Positions 9,066-17,906 of a stretch of DNA of 64,000 nucleotides are shown here, piece after piece. Source of the DNA: Candidatus Woesebacteria bacterium RIFCSPHIGHO2_01_FULL_39_32 (lineage in GTDB: Bacteria > Patescibacteriota > Microgenomatia > UBA8517); NCBI GenBank assembly GCA_001792345.1, contig MGGJ01000006.1:22656-86655 (forward strand), read 5' to 3'. The notes beneath the pieces were generated by a model, which worked only from the letters and a program-made list of their open reading frames with translations, was not told where the DNA came from and did no database searches. Each line of letters begins with the position of its first letter. The stretch's first letter is position 1. The position numbers and the translations under genes are program-made.

Positions 9066-10136
9066 ATGACAAAACAGTCATTTCCTGAAACGAAGTTTAC
9101 TTATTCATCGCGGACTGAAGCTCTGCGACTACTCTTCACAGCCAAAAAGATTGCTACCTGGCAGTATCAATATCATGGATTTATTATTCTGCCGAACCTC
9201 GCTGTTAATTTTCCCAGCAATGCAATCTGTTTCCCGGATCTACCTTATAATCAAATCAATAACTTTTGGACAAGAGTAAAAAAGGTTGTGCAGACCACTC
9301 CGCCCGTTGCTGAAGAAAAGTTAATTAAAGAAACAGAATCCCTTTTAATAAGTTCAGATAAACCACTTATCGACAGAAAAAGACTGTCGGAATTAGAAGC
9401 GAAATGGAACGATATTTCAAAAGCAGTCTGGATAAAACTCAGTGACATTTTCCCGATGCAAACAAATCTACTGAAAAGGTTCACTGTCTGCCCTACATGT
9501 TTCGGTACGACCAAATCATTCAGCCTCATTACAAGCAAAGATAATCATCTGCGATTGTATTTAAGAATTGACGTTCCGTTTAATGAAAATGTTTTAGATG
9601 CTTTAATCTCCGGCCTTATAAGACACCGTCTACAGACGAAGCATTCATTTACATGGGAAGAAACGGAGGCTGCAAAAGATGCAATTATCTTAGAAACAAG
9701 CCTTAACCAGTTCTGTCCAAACTACAAGACTACACTCGCCGCAGCTCGAACCTATCAAAAATCAGATCTGATAAGTATTTCCCAGAGATATCTGAAACGA
9801 TTAGGCTTTGCCCACACAAACCAATGGGGCTATCGTAATGAAATTATATACTTTCAAGATAAAATGTTAGAAAAGCTGACAAGACAAGAGTATCAATTAC
9901 TTTCTAATCTTATTGAAAATCCCAGAAATATGTTAACGTTTGATGAAATCGCAGATATTCTCTGGCCCAATGGGGAAGATTATTCTTTATGGGCTATAAC
10001 CAAACTAATCGAACGCTTGAGGAAAAAATTGTCACAAAACGGTATCTCTCCTCACCTTATCCAAACAAAGCGAAAAAAAGGTTACTCTCTTTACGCTAGA
10101 CCTAAATCGATACAGATAGATGATAAGATATTTTAA
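9066..10136 (+). CDS. Transcriptional regulator with C-terminal OmpR/PhoB-type winged helix; N-terminal domain unknown
   Basis: C-terminus 'LTRQEYQLLSNLIENPRNMLTFDEIADILWPNGE...KLIERLRKKL...KGYSLYA' matches trans_reg_C; no receiver domain. Confidence 0.55.
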   Translation: MTKQSFPETKFTYSSRTEALRLLFTAKKIATWQYQYHGFIILPNLAVNFPSNAICFPDLPYNQINNFWTRVKKVVQTTPPVAEEKLIKETESLLISSDKPLIDRKRLSELEAKWNDISKAVWIKLSDIFPMQTNLLKRFTVCPTCFGTTKSFSLITSKDNHLRLYLRIDVPFNENVLDALISGLIRHRLQTKHSFTWEETEAAKDAIILETSLNQFCPNYKTTLAAARTYQKSDLISISQRYLKRLGFAHTNQWGYRNEIIYFQDKMLEKLTRQEYQLLSNLIENPRNMLTFDEIADILWPNGEDYSLWAITKLIERLRKKLSQNGISPHLIQTKRKKGYSLYARPKSIQIDDKIF

Positions 10137-10197
10137 TATTTAACAATCAGCTATCTAACAATTTCATAAGTTCAATCCATAAACACGTGTACAAATC

Positions 10198-11175
10198 CTA
10201 GTCAGTAAACACCTGTACAAACATCTTGCCATAAATACCGTTGTCAATAACTCCAATTCCCATTCGATTAAACTCTGTTTCCAAAATATTTGCACGGTGA
10301 CCCTCGGATTGCATAAGCCCATTGTGGGAAGTTGCAACGGTCGGGGCTAAGGCCAAATTCTCCCCCACAACATTGAAGCTTACATTTTCTCTCTCCATTC
10401 GAACGACTACATCCTCTCCATCAGGTGAAACGTGCCCGAAATACTCCCTCTCCCACATATCCCTAGCGTGTGCTCTCGCAACCAGCACAACGTCGGGTCG
10501 AAAGGCTAGCTCAGGGACCCCTCGTTTTCTTCTTTCGTCATTAACCAGTCTAAACAATGCAAATTCCGATGCTTCATCAACAGCAAGTTCCTGTTTATCT
10601 ACCGTTATAGGTATCAGTTCAGTACTACCGGGGCGGACTGTAAGATAAGTAAGTGAATCTTCAACCAAACCTCCAAAAATTTCGTTTACCCTTGCCTCGA
10701 TTCCTGAGGTTTTTTGAACTAAAATCCCTCCAATTTTGGAATCAGTAACGTCTGATTTTAATTTTGGCGAAATCGGAAGTCCTATAACTAGAGTAAGAAC
10801 AAACGAAATAAGAATTAAGCCTTGACCTGCTGCTGGAATAGTTGCGGCAATATTATTCCACGGCTTTTTCCAAAATTTGTAAGGGATTTTTCGAATGAGA
10901 GAAGAAAATAAAAATCCTAAAATCGCTTCGGAAAATGCCGCCGTGATCAAAAAGCCTAAAGCATTTGAAACCGAACGAGCTAGAGAAAAATTAGTCTGTA
11001 AAATGTCGGACGTGAACGTATAACCTCTTAAGGCAATAAGAAGCGAAAGCAAGAAACCGAAAAAATCGGCTACAATTACCCAAAATCCCACTCTCCAAGC
11101 TTCACTGACGAAATAAGCAACAGTTAGAATAATCAAAAAATCAACCCAATTTGCTTGTAAAGAAAATGTAGACAT
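10198..11175 (-). CDS. CvpA-like membrane domain fused to a CAP/SCP (PR-1-like) extracellular domain
   Basis: N-terminal CvpA-like TM helices; C-terminal 'HARDMW...GHRANIL...GIGV' CAP domain. Start trimmed to the ATG at 11175: the track ORF begins at a TTG (11208) and reads through a GGGATTT repeat. Confidence 0.55.
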   Translation of the reverse strand: MSTFSLQANWVDFLIILTVAYFVSEAWRVGFWVIVADFFGFLLSLLIALRGYTFTSDILQTNFSLARSVSNALGFLITAAFSEAILGFLFSSLIRKIPYKFWKKPWNNIAATIPAAGQGLILISFVLTLVIGLPISPKLKSDVTDSKIGGILVQKTSGIEARVNEIFGGLVEDSLTYLTVRPGSTELIPITVDKQELAVDEASEFALFRLVNDERRKRGVPELAFRPDVVLVARAHARDMWEREYFGHVSPDGEDVVVRMERENVSFNVVGENLALAPTVATSHNGLMQSEGHRANILETEFNRMGIGVIDNGIYGKMFVQVFTD

Positions 11176-11187
11176 TTTCAAATCTAA

Positions 11188-11228
11188 AATCCCAATTTCA
11201 AAATCCAAATTATCATTTGGATTTATTA
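11188..11228. repeat. Left GGGATTT-type inverted repeat (AATCCCAATTTCAAAATCCAAA...)
   Basis: Its reverse complement TTTGGATTTTGAAATTGGGATT is nearly identical to 11563-11591 and to 20471-20500. Confidence 0.55.
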
Positions 11229-11608
11229 ATAATTGTTGAAAATATTCTTATTAGTTGTAGACACTCATCGCGAAGAGATTCACATTTATCAGGATTAGTT
11301 TTAGGATTTTTTACTAAAGAAACCTTTAACCAATAGCGAGTTTCTTTAGCCTCTTTTCTCATAATTTCCATCTTATATGAGAAGTCCTTCTTGGTATGTC
11401 CAGAATCTGCTTCCTCATAATTAGCACCTATCGAAGTTGACGAACGAGCACATTGCCCAATTATTACTCTATTAACAGGTGTCCTTGGCAATTTATCTAA
11501 ATAATCCAAAACATCAATAACAAACTTGAAAATTCTATCTTTCAAATCATATTTCTTTTTATTTTGATTTGGGATTTTGAGCTTGGGATTTAATTTGATA
11601 TTTGTCAT
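11213..11608 (-). CDS. Four-helix-bundle protein (TIGR02436-like, '23S rRNA intervening-sequence protein' family)
   Basis: 'IGQCARSSTSIGANYEEA...KDFSYKMEIMRKEAKETRYWLKV' matches the family signature. Confidence 0.7.
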   Translation of the reverse strand: MTNIKLNPKLKIPNQNKKKYDLKDRIFKFVIDVLDYLDKLPRTPVNRVIIGQCARSSTSIGANYEEADSGHTKKDFSYKMEIMRKEAKETRYWLKVSLVKNPKTNPDKCESLRDECLQLIRIFSTIINKSK

Positions 11609-11626
11609 TTGGATTTGGGATTTTGC
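11563..11626. repeat. Right GGGATTT-type repeats (TTTGATTTGGGATTTTGAGCTTGGGATTT ... CATTTGGATTTGGGATTTTGC)
   Basis: Inverted relative to 11188-11209; overlaps the 5' end of the four-helix-bundle gene and the 3' end of the next gene. Confidence 0.55.
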
Positions 11627-11898
11627 TTCGCTTTGCGAAGCTCAGAAAGTTTCCACATGAACAGCCTTGGCTTAGATTTGACATTATATGCGTCTTTAAC
11701 AAAATTTCTTGCTGCCTCCAAGAGTCCTCGACGGGTTTCTTTGGCCAACTTAATATACAAAGATTTATTCTTCAGGTCTCCCAGTTCTTCTGCCAGATCA
11801 TATCCGTATTTCTGAAATTCTCTGGAAATATATTTGTCCTCATCGGATCTAAACTTTTTTAAAACATCTCCTACCTTTGTAAAATACCTTTTAGTCAT
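11605..11898 (-). CDS. Hypothetical basic protein
   Basis: ORF only; C-terminus 'KQNPKSK' is encoded by the GGGATTT repeat. Confidence 0.35.
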   Translation of the reverse strand: MTKRYFTKVGDVLKKFRSDEDKYISREFQKYGYDLAEELGDLKNKSLYIKLAKETRRGLLEAARNFVKDAYNVKSKPRLFMWKLSELRKAKQNPKSK

Positions 11899-13091
11899 AT
11901 TCTTCTTTTGTAATATGCAATCAAAGGCATCAGGCTCATGACTGCTGCAATTATAATAAATGAGCTTAAATCAAACCCGATTGTTACAAAAAACATTACC
12001 AAGCTAATTGCAAAGAAAGAACCGAAAATAATATTTACTTCTCTAAAAAGTATTGCTTTTGCCGTACTTTTACCTTCGAGTGCCTTTTTGTAAGTTAAAG
12101 CATTCAGAGGATATACAACCATCCGTTCACCGAAATTCCAGAAACTGTCTGCAAATACAAAGGCCGAAAATGATCTGTTTAGTCCTTTTATTAACCAGGA
12201 AATAAAAACAAGAGGCGTTCCGATTCTAATTACGCTCCTTACTCCTTGCTTATCCACCCACTGTCCAACCGCCAGAGAAAAAAGAGAGGATACTAGTACG
12301 GAAAGCGAAACAATCTCGCCCATAGAAACCAATTGCCCAAAAATAAAATAAAGAAGTAAAGGCCAGAGAGTCACATATAACATGCCTTCACCACCCGAAC
12401 CGACATACGCCAAAGATATTGATTTAAGTCTTCTGATAAGTATCAGGACCCCACCAAAGGTTACATCGTGCCTTTGTCTTTCTTCATCACCCCTCCCAAC
12501 CAAGAAAAGAGCAATGACAACCAAGGCTCCTGTTAAAAAATAAAGCAGAGGAAAACCTAATAAGCTGACAATGACCGCGCCAAAAAATGGTGTTGCGACC
12601 GCGGCAAAAGTTTCAAGAAATCCGGCTTCGCTTATGGATAATCCGAAGTGTTCCGTGTCGCCTCTTTTTATAAAGTAGCCGTGATATCCCCACCAATAAA
12701 GACTCGACTGCATTCCATAAAAAATTGCCGCAAAGAAAAAGAGAAATGGATTACCCTTTGCCAGGATCATTGCAGGAATAAAAAGGAAAAAAGGAATACT
12801 TGACGCCCATATCGTTCCCTTGAAACCTATCTTCTGGCTAAGGTTCTCCGCAAAAATCAAGGCAACCAGTCTAGTTGCTTGTTCTATAACGAAGAAAGAA
12901 AGAACCAGAATTAGTGCTAACTGGCTGGTCAATCCTAAGCCTACAAAAGTTTCATAAACATAAATTGCAGAAAAAAGTCCCAAAAGAATTATCGCCATTC
13001 TCCTGACTACGCCGCCCCAAAAAAGGTGCATCAAATCTTTCTTTGGAAGGTACAAGGTGTTTAGGTTGTGGGGAAGGTGCGCTACCTGCAT
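11895..13091 (-). CDS. Putative MFS-type membrane transporter
   Basis: About 12 predicted TM helices with two-fold-repeat topology. Confidence 0.45.
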   Translation of the reverse strand: MQVAHLPHNLNTLYLPKKDLMHLFWGGVVRRMAIILLGLFSAIYVYETFVGLGLTSQLALILVLSFFVIEQATRLVALIFAENLSQKIGFKGTIWASSIPFFLFIPAMILAKGNPFLFFFAAIFYGMQSSLYWWGYHGYFIKRGDTEHFGLSISEAGFLETFAAVATPFFGAVIVSLLGFPLLYFLTGALVVIALFLVGRGDEERQRHDVTFGGVLILIRRLKSISLAYVGSGGEGMLYVTLWPLLLYFIFGQLVSMGEIVSLSVLVSSLFSLAVGQWVDKQGVRSVIRIGTPLVFISWLIKGLNRSFSAFVFADSFWNFGERMVVYPLNALTYKKALEGKSTAKAILFREVNIIFGSFFAISLVMFFVTIGFDLSSFIIIAAVMSLMPLIAYYKRRI

Positions 13092-13115
13092 GAATAAAGT
13101 TTATCAGTAAATCAG

Positions 13116-13652
13116 TTAATCAGTGAATCTACGAATCAGATCTTTGACTACATTACCGACAACAACATCAATCGTGGATTTTTCTTCATCAGTAAAATTT
13201 TGTAAAACGTATTCTTCTCCTCTTGTTCTTTGTTCTTTGTTGTTTGTTCTATTGTCAACCCCAATTCTTACGTGCCAAAAGTTTTTTGTTTCAAGTTTTT
13301 CGTAAATTGATAATAATCCCCCATGTTCTCTGGGCCCCTTCCCTTTTTGAATTTTATAGCTTCCTAATACTAAATCTAGGTCATCATGAATAACCCACAT
13401 GTTCGGTAATTTTATTTTGAAATGAACAAGTAGTTTCTTCACGGAAACACCTGAAGAATTCATGAAAGTTTGAGGTCTTGCAAAGACAGTTTGACTCGCG
13501 TGATGGTAAAAAATTAAAGAATCCAACTTTTTTTCGATATGCGGAGAAACTGTAAGAGTTTTAATGATTGCGTCAATAACCATAAATCCAACATTATGCC
13601 ATGTGTCTTTGTACTTTTCTCCTGGATTGCCAAGGCCTACAACAAGCTTCAT
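13116..13652 (-). CDS. pth: Peptidyl-tRNA hydrolase
   Basis: 'LVVGLGNPGEKY...HNVGF' N-terminus and 'ARPQTFMNSSG' motif; carries a low-complexity insertion 'NRTNNKEQRTRGEE'. Confidence 0.8.
   Translation of the reverse strand: MKLVVGLGNPGEKYKDTWHNVGFMVIDAIIKTLTVSPHIEKKLDSLIFYHHASQTVFARPQTFMNSSGVSVKKLLVHFKIKLPNMWVIHDDLDLVLGSYKIQKGKGPREHGGLLSIYEKLETKNFWHVRIGVDNRTNNKEQRTRGEEYVLQNFTDEEKSTIDVVVGNVVKDLIRRFTD
13222..13252. repeat. TTGTTCT-type heptamer tandem repeat inside pth
   Basis: 'cttgttctttgttctttgttgtttgttct'; the same repeat occurs at 37213-37242. Confidence 0.6.
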
Positions 13653-13668
13653 TGTGTAATTGTACTAC

Positions 13669-14301
13669 TTAATCCTTTTCCTCGACAAAGGGGACGAAGT
13701 GGAAGATACCAAATTTTTCTCTAATAATTTCCCCATTTTTGTTCTTTTCGAATCTAGTCATAGTCTTATCATGACCGCGACCCAAAGGCGCCACTAATAC
13801 CCCACCTTTTTTTAGCTGATCGAAAAGTTCTTCTGGCACCTTATCTCCCAATCCCGCCGTCACAATAATTGCATCATATGGAGCGTTCTTTCTCCATCCA
13901 TACTCTCCACTACCCTTCCTTACATAGACGTTTCTGAAACCTAATTTTTTTAGAGTTTTTTTCGCTCCGTCCGCAAGCTGCCGGATTATCTCGACTGTGT
14001 AGACCCCTTTTGCCAGTCTCGAAAGTACGGCTGCTTGATAACCTGAACCCGTACCAATCTCCAACACCTTTTCTTTTCCAGTTAGCTCTAAAAGGTCTGT
14101 CATATAAGCTACGGTGTAGGGTTGAGACATTGTTTGACCGTATCCAATCGAGACCGGGCCGTCGTGGTATACCATATCCCGATATCTTTTTGGTACAAAC
14201 TTTTCCCGAGGAATTTGAAGCATAACAGAAAGGACATCAGAGGAACCTAGACCATATTTACTTTTTATGGTATAAACCATCTGCTCCCGTTCGTCTTTCA
14301 T
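13669..14301 (-). CDS. pcm: Protein-L-isoaspartate O-methyltransferase
   Basis: SAM-binding 'VLEIGTGSGYQAAVL' and C-terminal PIMT pattern. Confidence 0.8.
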   Translation of the reverse strand: MKDEREQMVYTIKSKYGLGSSDVLSVMLQIPREKFVPKRYRDMVYHDGPVSIGYGQTMSQPYTVAYMTDLLELTGKEKVLEIGTGSGYQAAVLSRLAKGVYTVEIIRQLADGAKKTLKKLGFRNVYVRKGSGEYGWRKNAPYDAIIVTAGLGDKVPEELFDQLKKGGVLVAPLGRGHDKTMTRFEKNKNGEIIREKFGIFHFVPFVEEKD

Positions 14302-14355
14302 GCTTTTGGGGCTTCCAGCCCATAGGGCTTTAGCCCGGTGGGGCAGATTTTTACC

Positions 14356-14697
14356 TCATGCTTTTTTCATGAACTTTCTCGCATATTTACCAACTACTGG
14401 AACTTCCCACTCTTGTCCTTGCCATGCCTTATATATAAGTAATAACCAAAGAGCAAAACCTAATACAGAAAGAAGTGGTACCAACGGCAATAATACAAGC
14501 GTCAGTCCAAAAACCCACTGAAGAACAAAAAGTAAAGTAAAAACAACAATTGATTGCATTGCGTGAAATCGCACAAAGGGATCCTTCTCTAAAACATAAA
14601 AAAGTACTCCTGTTATTGGACCCAGTACATATGACAAAGCTGCCGCCGTGTTTTTTGGTAAGCCTGTTCCTTTTACATCTCCCGCCATAACCATCAC
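14356..14697 (-). CDS. DUF4870-like small membrane protein
   Basis: 'LSYVLGPITGVLFYVLEKDPFVRFHAMQSI' pattern. Confidence 0.45.
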   Translation of the reverse strand: MMVMAGDVKGTGLPKNTAAALSYVLGPITGVLFYVLEKDPFVRFHAMQSIVVFTLLFVLQWVFGLTLVLLPLVPLLSVLGFALWLLLIYKAWQGQEWEVPVVGKYARKFMKKA

Positions 14698-15185
14698 CCC
14701 CTCCTCTTTCCTAATCTTTTCAGAAAATAAAACCTAGGTCAAGTATAGGTTTGTATAAAGTATAGAAGAAATTTAATATTACGGTGTTATTTGGCTGTCA
14801 TCAATCAATTTGCCAAAAACATAAAATGGAACTGCTAATACCAAGAAATAAATCTTTATAAAGTTTGTTCCAATTTCTAATATTATATTTTTTGTCATAG
14901 TCAAAATAAGTGGCTTAGTGTTGTACATCCTCTAAATATGCCCGGCAGTATAATCTTTTAAGGGGCAGGCTCGTCTCCCATCAGGCAGGGACTTTTCAGA
15001 AAGACTTAAGGGGAGAATATTCCTTTGATTTATGAGCTAACCGCTCTAAAGTTTCCTCCCTCTTAAGTCCCTCCTCTCTTATTTCTGACAAAAGCATAAT
15101 ACATATAAAATAGCTTAGCTTGAGCCCTATCTAAGATATTCCTAGCAGTTTAGCCTCACAAAATCTGAGTTTTCTGAGTTAAAAA

Positions 15186-15839
15186 TTGAACCTAAATATC
15201 TTTGGTAGTAAAATACTCGTAATTTCCATGACAAGGACAGAAGTTGTAACAGAAAGAAGAATAAATCAAGGTATAGTTTTAGATCCTGCATCCGGGACTC
15301 TCGCTGCAAACCTGTGGGGGTTAGCGCATCCAAACGAACAACCTACGACCGGCAACGAAGAGTCGATACTTTTTGTAGATAAAATTTCCGTTGATGGATG
15401 GAGTGGAAACTCTAACATCATTGGAACAGTCGTAGTGAAAGCGGGTGGGTCTTTGGAACAACAAACTGCAAGACTAGGAATTTTTTTTAGAAGAAAACCA
15501 GACGGGCTTGATCTAAAAAATTTTGATGTGTGGTTAGGAAAAGTAGGAACACAAGATGAAAAACCCGCAACGGTAACTGTAACTCAGTATGCCAATTCTG
15601 GCTTTAGACAATCATGGCCAGCAAGCATGGCTGCTTTTTTCCCAGATAGTTCTCCTATTAGCCGTGTAGCTCAAATTAAAATGCCAAGCCTAATACTTCA
15701 ACAAACTCTGAATGGCTGGATAACAGAGCTTCAACAAGACATACCAGCAGAAGGAGTTCCAATATGTCTAAATGAGGCAATTCAAACACTCACTAGTACA
15801 CAGATTGATGTTGCTTCCAATCTTCCCCTAGCTGCTTAA
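15186..15839 (+). CDS. Hypothetical protein
   Basis: ORF only; Gly/Thr-rich and compositionally unlike its neighbours; converges on the 667-aa gene. Confidence 0.35.
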   Translation: MNLNIFGSKILVISMTRTEVVTERRINQGIVLDPASGTLAANLWGLAHPNEQPTTGNEESILFVDKISVDGWSGNSNIIGTVVVKAGGSLEQQTARLGIFFRRKPDGLDLKNFDVWLGKVGTQDEKPATVTVTQYANSGFRQSWPASMAAFFPDSSPISRVAQIKMPSLILQQTLNGWITELQQDIPAEGVPICLNEAIQTLTSTQIDVASNLPLAA

Positions 15840-17839
15840 ACCTTTGTTCTGCTATACAATTCCCTTATTGTAGGAATATCTCGGGGATGGACTAGTGTAG
15901 CCAAGACTTCATCAGATAACTTATCTATGTGTTCGCGTATATATGAACTATGAACCTCAGGTAAGTGTACAAGCATTACAATAACCTTACCGTCAAATTT
16001 TTCACCATCTTTTTTATGTTCACCAAAAGCAGCTCTAATCCTCCTGCACAAATCATAAGGATCAATTAAATCATCCTGTTGTAATGAAAATATATGTGCA
16101 GTATCGTTTAATCTTTTCGAACCCCCAGGCTCTTCGATTTCGGTGTAAGTAAAACCCGGTCCGTTTGGTTTATTGAAACCTGCAAGTCGCGCCTGAACAT
16201 CAATATGAGCTCCACTGTCTTCATATTCAGCTCTATAGCCATCCATTCTCTGTGCTGTGGGAAGCGAAGTTTTGTTGCCTGTGTGTATAAAAACGTTTCC
16301 TATATATGCTAAACCTTCCTCAACAATCCTGTTCCTAATAGCTGCGTCTGTGCTCTGTTTCCCTTTATTACCAGTATTTACACTCACACCAACCAGTAAT
16401 CTACCCTCAGAATTTTTCAACATAAACCCTGCTCTAGCCAACTCTTCTATGTCTATATCCTCTGCTGCTTCCCAGATAAATTGTATGTGCCCCTCATGCA
16501 GTGGATCCAACTCTCCGGAAAATTCAATCACAGAATCTCCACTTTGCACTATTTCTCTGCCTGGAATGGTTTTTTTTCTTTCTTCTTCTATTCTTGCTTG
16601 GTGATTTCCCCATAATTCTTCACTCAAACCTAAAGTCCTATAGTCATCTTTAGTCCAGTCAAAAGTATTGTAACCCCTAAGTCTCATCTGAAATATAAAT
16701 TCAGGAATTATCCAGTTTTGAATCTTATCAATCGTCTCTTTATTCCCTCCTGACCAATCGTTTACTATTTCTAAGCCAAAGCCAGCGTACCCACCTTCTA
16801 AAGGTAAATATTGTCCAATAACTTTTCCGGAGTCTCTAAAAGCAGAACAAAAACCCAATATTCCTTCTTTGTTAATACTCACTCTTCTCCTCCGAAAAAC
16901 TCTAACCAGGCTTCTCGCAATTGATTCTACTATTTGAGAATCCTCTGTATCAGATTGTGAGTTTGATAATCTCTCAGCAAGAGCAACTCCAACAGGAACT
17001 AAAATATTCTCTGGTGGTGTGGGCCGTAGCAAATCCATTTCTTTATAGTTTCCTTCCCAAGAGTATTTCAAAAATTCCTCTAAATCTCTTGCACTTATCG
17101 CAATCTTTTGTAGCTGTTCAGCTAATCGCGGATAACTTGTCATTATTTCATTAGCTCGTTTTTCTAAAAGTTCAGCACATCCTCCAGCGAATGTCCTAAG
17201 ATTATCAAACGCCCACGTCCCTCGTACTTCCTCTTGAAATAAAGGTCTACCGTCTCTCTTCTCTTTTCCATTGGACTCTTCCCAACCTGCTAGGGGTAAA
17301 ATCCGATATACTCCCGCGGAAGAAAAATATTTTCTCACTACTGCAGGATCACTACACGCAAGACCTCCGATACTATCAAACCATACACTAACTGCTTCTG
17401 TTCTTATCGGAGGCGCTACTTCACCTTTTAACCACCCCTCGATCGACCTTACGAAAATGTGTGGGTCAGATTCTAATAGGTGACGATTACCCTCCCTGTC
17501 AGTGCCCCATGCTTCTTTAGGTTTAAAACTTCCGACTTGTGGCCAAAAATGTCTAATACTCGTAATGAGTGCTTCAAAGGAGGCAATATCTTCTTCGTTT
17601 GAAAATCTTAATGACTGCGAAATTACTTTGAATTTTTTGGGAGTTTGTTCTGTCAAGCCTCGACACTCTGCTTCACCCATCTCAACTTTTCTTCTAGATT
17701 CTTCAGCTAAACTTGCAAATATTCCAACACTCCACACCCATGAAGGTATCATCCCCCACGGAGCCTCTTTGCTTATTCCAAGTCGGTAATAACCATCCTC
17801 CGCAACTTGTCTAAGAGATATTTGTGTTTCTGCTGTCAT
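15836..17839 (-). CDS. Large protein with central PPAT/CoaD-like (HxGH) nucleotidyltransferase domain; N-terminal ~420 aa unknown
   Basis: 'VIEFSGELDPLHEGHIQFIWEAAE' is the (S/G)GxFDPxHxGH motif; the following 'RLLVGVSVNTGNKGKQSTDAAIRNRIVEEGLAYIGNVFIH' resembles PPAT '[24 protein letters not shown]...HLPNVEVV'. Confidence 0.5.
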   Translation of the reverse strand: MTAETQISLRQVAEDGYYRLGISKEAPWGMIPSWVWSVGIFASLAEESRRKVEMGEAECRGLTEQTPKKFKVISQSLRFSNEEDIASFEALITSIRHFWPQVGSFKPKEAWGTDREGNRHLLESDPHIFVRSIEGWLKGEVAPPIRTEAVSVWFDSIGGLACSDPAVVRKYFSSAGVYRILPLAGWEESNGKEKRDGRPLFQEEVRGTWAFDNLRTFAGGCAELLEKRANEIMTSYPRLAEQLQKIAISARDLEEFLKYSWEGNYKEMDLLRPTPPENILVPVGVALAERLSNSQSDTEDSQIVESIARSLVRVFRRRRVSINKEGILGFCSAFRDSGKVIGQYLPLEGGYAGFGLEIVNDWSGGNKETIDKIQNWIIPEFIFQMRLRGYNTFDWTKDDYRTLGLSEELWGNHQARIEEERKKTIPGREIVQSGDSVIEFSGELDPLHEGHIQFIWEAAEDIDIEELARAGFMLKNSEGRLLVGVSVNTGNKGKQSTDAAIRNRIVEEGLAYIGNVFIHTGNKTSLPTAQRMDGYRAEYEDSGAHIDVQARLAGFNKPNGPGFTYTEIEEPGGSKRLNDTAHIFSLQQDDLIDPYDLCRRIRAAFGEHKKDGEKFDGKVIVMLVHLPEVHSSYIREHIDKLSDEVLATLVHPRDIPTIRELYSRTKV

Positions 17840-17850
17840 AAGCCATCTTT

Positions 17851-17879
17851 AAAAAAAGTCTTACCTTTTGGGTAAGACC
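17851..17879 (-). terminator. Rho-independent terminator hairpin (GTCTTACC-TTTT-GGGTAAGAC) flanked by A/T runs
   Basis: Perfect 8-bp stem; a T-run follows on the minus strand, downstream of the 17907..19286 gene. Confidence 0.5.
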
Positions 17880-17906
17880 GGAAGTTTTTTGGGGCAGATT
17901 AGAAAC

